The notes beneath the pieces are model-generated. The model did no database searches and was not told where the DNA came from. It saw only the letters and a program-made list of their open reading frames with translations. From positions 21,654,628-21,718,627 of the forward strand of contig OZ037767.1 in NCBI GenBank assembly GCA_964035545.1: DNA of 64,000 bases, read 5' to 3'. The translations under genes and the position numbers were made by a program. Each line of letters starts with the position of its first letter. Position 1 is the stretch's first letter. Positions 56,088 through 64,000 of the stretch are shown in pieces. This DNA is from Bugula neritina (Eukaryota; Animalia; Bryozoa).

Positions 56088-57489
56088 ATGAGAAAGCTGC
56101 ATGGAGTAAAAAGAGACATGATGCGGAGGTAGGAGCAGGTGCAACTTGCCTTCTAAGTTTGAAGATACCAAAGTTAATGCTTTTCTCCTTAGTTTACGAT
56201 ATAAACTATATAAAGGGCTAAAAGACATACCACGCTATTTACCCTCGTCATAGCTGTCAAGTTTGAGTACAACGTGTACTATCAGATGGAACAAACATCC
56301 TTCAGCTGGCAAAAATTGCTCTGGTTTTATTACTTGGTAAATGGTTATCCAGATGTAATACCATCTGATAGAGCAGTGTTGGCAGCGGTCACGACCTTTT
56401 ATTTGATGTTTGTGGTTTTTTAGTGAATCATTGCAACAAAGACCAGCCTGATTTTATTCAAAGCCCTGGATAAAAAAAGAATAGCCACAAATTATACATT
56501 CTGTTTGAAATTTTTCTTAGCAGAATGGGGAGTGCAGTTACCCATCTTCTCCAACCAGTTTCATAGAAGGAAACTATGCAATCTGCTTTTCAAATCATCC
56601 GATTGTTTTTCTGATATCTGCAATAAAAGTTAGAAACATGCAAGTGAAGAGATTTAAACTCTTCAATGTGGTCACTAGTTTGTAGCTGACAATGACAAAT
56701 CAGATTTCCCCACATGTGATGTTATTGTAAATAATAACCCTATAAGTACTCCGAACATATTATATTATGGGGCAGAAAAATTTTCCGTTGAGTACAAAAC
56801 TGGTGGTGTCCATTAAACTCAGCTTATGGTCTGCCACTTAGATGTACATTGTTTTATTTCACAGGTGGGCAGCTCATGTTACAAATATTTGATGACACTA
56901 CGCTGACATATGCATGTGTGCTTTTAAGGATTGAGGACTTAATTGCACATCTCATTCTTACTCTACTCATTTTCATAGAGTTTGTTGTGGCAAAGAAATG
57001 CAACAAGTACTTCTCTTGCTATATAAATTCTCTATTCAAAACAACTGTTGAAAAGCTCAAAATTTGGTCAAATACAATATTTAGAAATTTTTTTTGAGGA
57101 GTCAAAACAAACTCGAAACAGTGACACCCGACAGCATGCTTTGTTTTTTTGATATCTTGTGTTTCCAATATTGGAACCAAGCAAGGACTCTACATTTGTG
57201 ACTATCTTTTGTCTCAAGTCTCACTAAAACTGGTATATTATAGAATATAGATCATGGACTGATCAGTCAGAGTAGATAAATTCGGAACATGTTGGTGACA
57301 GCCAGACACAATTAATGTATTACATTGCAGATACACTAAAAAGTAAAAGTCAACCCATGCATTTATTTCATTTTTATTTATTCAATTTTTCATTTTTGCA
57401 AGTATACCTCATTACATTCAGCTGCATTAATGAAAACATGTTACTAGCCTAAGTTTTTTGTTTTTTTTTTTCATTGTCTTTGGCTGTAG

Positions 57490-57647
57490 GTTGAAAATTA
57501 AAAAAGTTAAGATAAGCCTGTGTTCTAGATTAAAAATATAGCAAAAGAAGTTATGTCCTCTCGAGAATTTCAACTGGCGACTCAAACAAAAATTTAAGAA
57601 AAAAATTGAAGAACTTAGGCTATCTCAATTTTTCTACTACTGCTGCT
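57490..57647 (-). mobile_element. MITE family A, copy 4 (inverted)
   Basis: AAGCCTGTGTTCTAGATTAAAAATATAGCAAAAGAAGTTATG...AGGCTATCTCAATTTTTCTACTACTGC. Confidence 0.78.
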
Positions 57648-58737
57648 AAATGTAAAAATAAATAATAATGTAAAGATGGATTGAGGTGTATGATTGAACT
57701 AAATTGAAAACAGTCACTGTCACCGACAGACCGCTATATGATGATGATAATGATGATGAGGGGTTTTACTCAGTAGACTATAACAGTTAACTACCAAGTA
57801 AATTTGTGTAAACATTTGGGTAAACTGTGGGATTTGTAAACCACTGCTTATATATTCAACATGTTTATATGAGTCATCAGCTGGAAAGAGCTTTATAAGT
57901 TACATGTAAAAACAGTTTTCTATCATCAAATTATTGCATCAGCTGGGAGAATAAGTTTTATCTAAAGAAAACAAATTTTTCTGTTATAATTTCATAATAA
58001 CTAAACCTGATGAAAGTTTGTATACGCAGGAAATGTTGTTAAATCCTCACTTATTATTGCAGAATTTTCTCTCCTTTTGATACCATTTTATAAGCACATT
58101 ATTGTTAACAATAACATAAGATCACACTCTGTGTGCTGCCACCACATTATATTACCTCTGGTTATAGGTGTGAATAAAGTGTAATTCTCTGTTAACTTTG
58201 GTTTATAATATAGTTTATTGTATTATATTTTAGACAGACAACTTCTCATGGTGCGAAGTTCTGACTAGCCAAGTAGAAAACTGAGTTACATTCTATTCTA
58301 TGCAAATATGGCTGGTAGCTCACTTGTACAGTTTACTAGTATAGCTGCATCCTGGCCTCTATGTTCAGCGGTAGATACAATACAAATCTGTAGCTTTTTG
58401 TAAAGTGCAATTTTTTTTGGCAAAAACTAGTAAAACTATAAAATGTCTGATCAACAAATACATCCCACTGAAAATTAGAAACTTAAATTAAATACAGATG
58501 CTCACCGGTTTACCTGCTAGTTGTGCCAAACTCAAAGCTAGATTATATTAAGGATGCTGGACTTTAACACAGCTGGGAGCTTTTGCTTATTGAATAAAAA
58601 TCAAACTAAATTATGAAAACTTGTAGTACAGCAAAGCAGACATGAATAAAGACAGTACGTATGTATAGTATCATAATTGAAAATTTAAGGAATACCACTT
58701 GTATTTTGTTCATGCTTACATCACAATAACACTGCTT

Positions 58738-59030
58738 TGCTGAGAAAGAATGGAAATGGCTAGCAGATGCTAGTAAAGTTCAAGAGTAGATAACTGCTAG
58801 AAAGAAAGTTGTTATAAGCAGCTCTGAGTTGGGGGTGACTGAGTGCAGTAGTTTGGGGTTTTCAAGTTTGGAGTTGAGAGTTTAAGTTGGAACTTTGAGC
58901 CCCCCAAACTATGTCACATTCAGTCAACCCCAACAGCTACTTATTGCAAATTTTGCTAGAAGCAGCATTTAGTTACTCATGTACTAGTGATGACCTTGTA
59001 GCTGGTATTCCTGGTTTTGCTGTTCTCAGT
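58738..59030. repeat. Foldback / palindromic element
   Basis: TAAGCAGCT..GTTGGGGGTGACTGAGTG..TAGTTTGGGG (58816-58868) is the imperfect reverse complement of 58891-58943; weaker pairing extends outward. Confidence 0.75.
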
Positions 59031-59424
59031 ATCAATATTTTGGTATTTGTTTTTGTAGCCTCAGCTCATCAACGTTAAAATTGGCAGTAGCTTTGGTAAT
59101 CAAACTGCACTAAGTTTCTTCTGTTGTTGAATGAAGGCATGCAATAAGGTATAAGTCATCCCATAATATTGTACTGACCAACATAGAACCAACAAATTGG
59201 TACCAAATTATATAATATAATTATGCAGACAATTGTTATATCTGCACATATGTAGGTGAAGTTTCAGAATCAAATGATTCTTTTGCATGAGGGCCGAGTT
59301 TAGAAGTCAGCCAAAACAACCGGCAATATGATTGTACACATGATTAAATATTATTGTAATAAAGTAATTGGTTACCAAACTTATATGCTACTGTGCTATA
59401 ATCCGTTTTTACTCATCTTAAGCA

Positions 59425-59497
59425 TCAAAAGGGCCGGCCACTGAACAATGGGTAAAGGGCCACGGGCAGCTCTGGGGCTCCCAGTTGCCCACCACTG
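59425..59497 (+). mobile_element. hAT MITE right end
   Basis: AAAGGGCC...AAAGGGCCAC...GGGCTCCCAGTTGCCCACCACTG. Confidence 0.6.
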
Positions 59498-59939
59498 CTC
59501 CAGAGTGTACTGGTTTCAAAAAAATAATTTATTGTCACCATTGACTGCTTTAAGAACTCTTGCCTCCTTAGTCTAGAAAACTAAACTTTGGCTTGCTAGA
59601 TTGGCTCCTGTAGCTGATTGGTAAATTTTTTATAGTCCTGACACTTTTATATATATTTCTAAAATGATTTTGTATATTATATAGAATAGCCAGAGAACCT
59701 CACTACTAAGCTTATGCAACCCACTGCAAGTGAGCAACCCACTCAATGCTAAGTTAACCAAAAAGTCCAAAAGCTATTACAAATCAAAGCATTGCTTACT
59801 GTTTGTTAATGTAAAATCTTTAGTTTTTTAGACTTATTATTCAGAAATTTTGCTTCAGTTAACACAGCACTGAATTATGGAAGTAAAGTGCACCAAGCCA
59901 AGGAATGTGAGAGTTGTTCTTTTACATTAGGTACATCAC

Positions 59940-60152
59940 CACCATGCTATGTCTATGGAAGAGGCAGTTCGAGTGCTGACCTAATAAGCACAAAGTCAGT
60001 AGTTCAAGTAGAAATACCAGAGGTGATGCTAGGAAGAGCATTCAGTCTTAATTACTCCCGTGCCACACCAGAAAATAGCCCTTTGCCTGATTAAAAAAAC
60101 CTTTATACCACGGCCTTTTGCAAGAATAGCGACTATAAACTCTCATGAATTT
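59940..60152 (+). mobile_element. tRNA-derived SINE, copy 2 (diverged)
   Basis: TAATAAGCACAAAGTCAGTAGTTCAAG; GAGGTGATGCTAGGAAGAGCATTCAG; GCCTGATT; GCGACTATAAACT, as in 41056-41268. Confidence 0.72.
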
Positions 60153-63100
60153 TTGTCTATTTTTCAAATTATTGGGAGTTGTCTTACTAGAAAAGTTGTG
60201 AGCTAATTCACAAATTCCCTACATTTTAAAATTGCTAAAACAGCATTAAGTTGTTACATATTTTTCCCTAAATTTGTTGATTGTGTAGCATCCCTAAGTA
60301 TAGCTCTCTTTATTGAATAAATAATTAATGTGAGCATGTTTTACACTTTAGAAACATCTGTAGCAGTAAAATAATAGATTTCACAATTCCAATTTATAAG
60401 ATAATTCTTAATGACTTAATACTCTTACGATTGTAATGATGCATATTTGAGAAAATAGGTTAAGAAACAATGTTTTCTGATTGCTATAACTTTGAAGGAA
60501 GAATATGTCTAGAGATACCCATGTAATAAATCTTAAAACAGTTTCTATCTTTTACTCGGAAATGGTAAAAAGCAGCGCGTATGAATAGCCTTCAAGATAA
60601 TAAAGTATATGCTTTTAGGAGTTGTTTTATTTTACAAGTGTATTTACAAATAAGAAAACAACTCCTAATCAGAGCTAAAATTGCCACAATTATGAATTTG
60701 CAAAATAGGTTCAGAGCTGCACGATGTATTCGCATTTGAATGGCTGCATTTACATCTGTACATGTCGTACATAATAAATCTTATTGAGAAATGAATGATA
60801 CACCAACATTTCGTTTGTTGGAGTTACTAAATGTTGCCTTTTTCTCAAACTTGGCTGCCACGCAAGGTTAAATTTCCTATTTCACTTGAAGATATTATAA
60901 CATAGCATTTCACAATAAGTTACCGATGTTATTCACTTCCAACTACTTATAACCATCCCTACAAGAGTGTGTCATTTTAACCACTACCTCCTACTATCCT
61001 ACTAGACTTTGCCAATTTCATCAAATTTATTTTTAAAAAATGATTTGCTGTACAAACAATGGTAGTTTGTTGTTGATAATGAATACAATGACTCCATTTT
61101 TGGCAATTGCTCATGTTTTGTCAGTTAACAGTGCCAACATCTCCCTGCCTGCCAGTTGTTGTTAAGTTACTAGAGGTATAACTAAAGCAAGCATTCAGAC
61201 TATGTAGCTAGATAGCATAATACATAGACATAGAACTAAGGTATTTGTGTTGGAAATAATCTAGCTAATCCGGCTATAATCCCACCCATAAGTGTAGATA
61301 TTACTCTGATCTCTTCCCTCGTACACACACATAAAACTAATTGCTACGTCGTGTATAGCTTCATCAGTCTTAGTACTTTCATAGCTTCTACCTATCTAGA
61401 TAGATATCTGGTATAATATAGGCTATAACTTTCTTATTGCCAGCTTACATGTACTAGATAAGTGTTTTAACCTCAAAGTTTAATGTACTGCTATCACTTT
61501 TTCTATCTCCTCCTTATGAGCAGTTACGGACAGATTTGAGGCCCATAGAATAACCACCCAAAAACCATTTACAAGCTAGTAAAAACATTATGGCCATTAT
61601 GATTGCAATAATACACTTCTCCTTGCTTTGATAAGCTGTTAAAGACACTGACTGGGCAAGTGTTGTGTATCTTCAGTTTACACCTTATTTAATTGCTTGA
61701 CTTCTGTTTGTGGCTTGTGATCCCCATTAGATACTTGTTGGTCTGAAACAGTATCTTTCTAGTCGACTTAGCTTGAGATCTAACCAATACTGCCCCTACC
61801 ATTTTTCACTTACTTAAAACAACAGAATCAGAATCTATAATAGCACAGTTTTCAAGAAGCTCCTACACAAAGAAGTGTTGATTGTGTTTAATAGAATTAA
61901 GTTTAGTGTTATGATAAGGGTCATGCTGTCATGGGATAGATGCCAATGGTTTACAACAGTTGTGCTTATTCTACCACGAGTTTCACTTCTCTTCATATCA
62001 TTTTATGACTTTACATGCTGGACTAAATTCTAAAACAACACTTTTTCCTGTCTACAAATTACCATTTTGAGTTCAAACACATTCAACAGCTGATTTCTTT
62101 TCATATGCTAATTTCTGCTAATCATTTTCATAGCTCAAAATTACTGCAGTTCTCTTTGGTTTTGCTGAAAGTTGCACTGCAGATTAAAGGTACAGGAAGA
62201 GCAATTGTGTCTGAAAGACCAACTCTCTTTTTATCCATATATACTAATCAGAAACACCATAACTGAGTTGTATATTTTTAGATGTTTAGGGAAATTTTAT
62301 GCAAAGGAAGTGTATAGAAAGCTATGAATATTATTGCAGATGATTTTGAATTTAAATGAAACACTAACAGCAATCAGTAAAGCTGTGTTGAAGAAACATA
62401 TAGTGAGCTGTTTGAAGTCTCTTTACCAAACCTATAAGGAAAGTATTCTTAATATCCAACAATGATGCATTATAAAAAATTCAAATCTGCCAAAAGAGAT
62501 TAGGATAATTCACCATCTTTATACTTGATTTCTACATAGGGTTGCAGGGTGATATGAGAATTGAGACAATTGATTAAACTTCTGGGTTAATCTCTTCATC
62601 TGCCAGAAGTTATCCTATTGTGTGTCCGCCATCACAAGTCTTCCTTCCACGTGTTGCATCAACATTACTTACGGCTTATTTGGTTTTAAACAGTTAATAC
62701 CACCATATATTATTCTTGATTGAGATAAGCCTCGTGGCAAAGTTCTTAGAAAGAACATTAATCTGCCTGCAGATATAATAACAGAGCTACGGCTGAATAC
62801 CCTCTCCTTGTACAGCTCTTCAGTTCAAGTTGGATTATCTTCCCTTCTTGAAGTTACGCTTCATCTGACGTCAATCTGATCAATTAAAATTAATAAATAT
62901 TTCCCCTTTGATTTATTTTGATATATTATTATTATTTGGTAGTGAATTGTTTAGCTTGGCAAAATTCCTAACTATTTTTTGGTAACTGTCAAATTCAGGT
63001 TAATTAATATTCTATATTTACCACACTAAATAGTTTGCTGACGACATAAAACTTAAATGCATTGCATAATCTGTGTGGAATTTGTGTCACATTTAATTAA

Positions 63101-63564
63101 AGGTAATATTGTTATAAATTTATAACTTTTGACCTCTAGTTGGACAACAAATTTAAAAATTGTGATTGATCAATAATCATTAGCCAACTTAGTTTTAAAA
63201 AACACATTCTGTTAACTTTACTGTGCATGAACTGGCACATTTACAGACCAATCTATATATTATGGTAAACGTTTTAGATAATCATTATCAAAAAGTTTTT
63301 CTAGAGGCAAAAATAGGATTTTGACATGGGTCTTGTTCCAAGGAATTAAAGATAATTTTGTTTAAATCAATAAGTACTTTTAAAGTATAATTTTATATAA
63401 TCATATATAATGTCCACCCTTTATAATTGAAATAATACATACCCACGCCTAGTTTAACTATATAACATATTTTGCTGTCAAGCGTTTAAGGATTTTTAAA
63501 ACTGCTATAAAACATAACTTGTGTGCTTATAGATGTCTATAGGTGCAAAGTTGTTCAACCAATT

Positions 63565-63770
63565 CATAGTCAAGTGGTTAAAGCCGGGGAGTAGCCATAG
63601 TAGCTGACCTAACATGGCACATGTGTCCTGAGTTCAAATTCTAGCGAAGACATTTAAGATCTCAGGGTTGTTCAAAGACGAGAACTGGTGAAAAATACAA
63701 GCGGTGCTAAGCCCACCAAAACACACTCATCACTTGGTTTTGTACAGGGATTTTGACGTTGAACAAGCAT
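63565..63770 (+). mobile_element. Probable tRNA-derived SINE of a second family
   Basis: A-box-like TAGTCAAGTGG, B-box-like GAGTTCAAATTC, tail GACGTTGAACAA. Confidence 0.45.
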
Positions 63771-64000
63771 TATATTTGATTTTGAAGCTCTTAGTAAGTT
63801 TCGCGATTGATTTTTGAGTTTGGTTTATTAGCAGACGATCTCTATAAAGCAAAATAAACAATATTTTCTAGCTTAATTTTAGTGAGCAAGAATTTAATTG
63901 TTTTTGCCTGAAAATTATATATACATCAAAAACTAAATGTTTTACTCTGGTTGTATGTCAGCTAATGATTTTATAATTACAATAAATAAAAACTGTCGAA

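Noticed and set aside
54480-57100. Decayed coding-like patches, including ORF 56849-57097
   Set aside because: May be DNA-transposon remnants, but no transposase motif can be read.
62300-62880. Possible exon(s) on the minus strand
   Set aside because: The frames examined close quickly and show no recognisable homology.

Overview
AT-rich, intron-rich metazoan (invertebrate-type) genomic DNA; the species cannot be determined from the sequence. Left to right: (1) the 3' ~4.5 kb of a Ty3/Gypsy LTR retrotransposon (RT end, RNase H, integrase, PPT, probable 3' LTR). In the env position it carries an extra, apparently intron-containing zinc-finger/coiled-coil gene. (2) A 3-exon GABARAP/Atg8 gene (+). 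(3) A convergent Mi-2/CHD3-4-5 chromatin remodeller of about 35 exons (-), with repeat-laden introns and a probable terminal GC-AG intron. (4) A 1.2-kb 21-bp minisatellite. (5) Two tandem 7-exon CYP2-clan P450 genes (+), with an apparent gene-conversion tract in exon 6. (6) A 9-exon gene (-), only fragmentarily visible in the ORF track, encoding a secreted Lys-rich protein with two stand-alone anaphylatoxin-like six-cysteine modules. (7) About 10 kb of repeat-rich intergenic DNA with MITEs and tRNA-derived SINEs. The two best candidates for new biology are the spliced zinc-finger accessory gene of the retrotransposon and the two-anaphylatoxin-module secreted protein. All exon models were assembled by eye from splice signals and phase and need RNA-seq confirmation.
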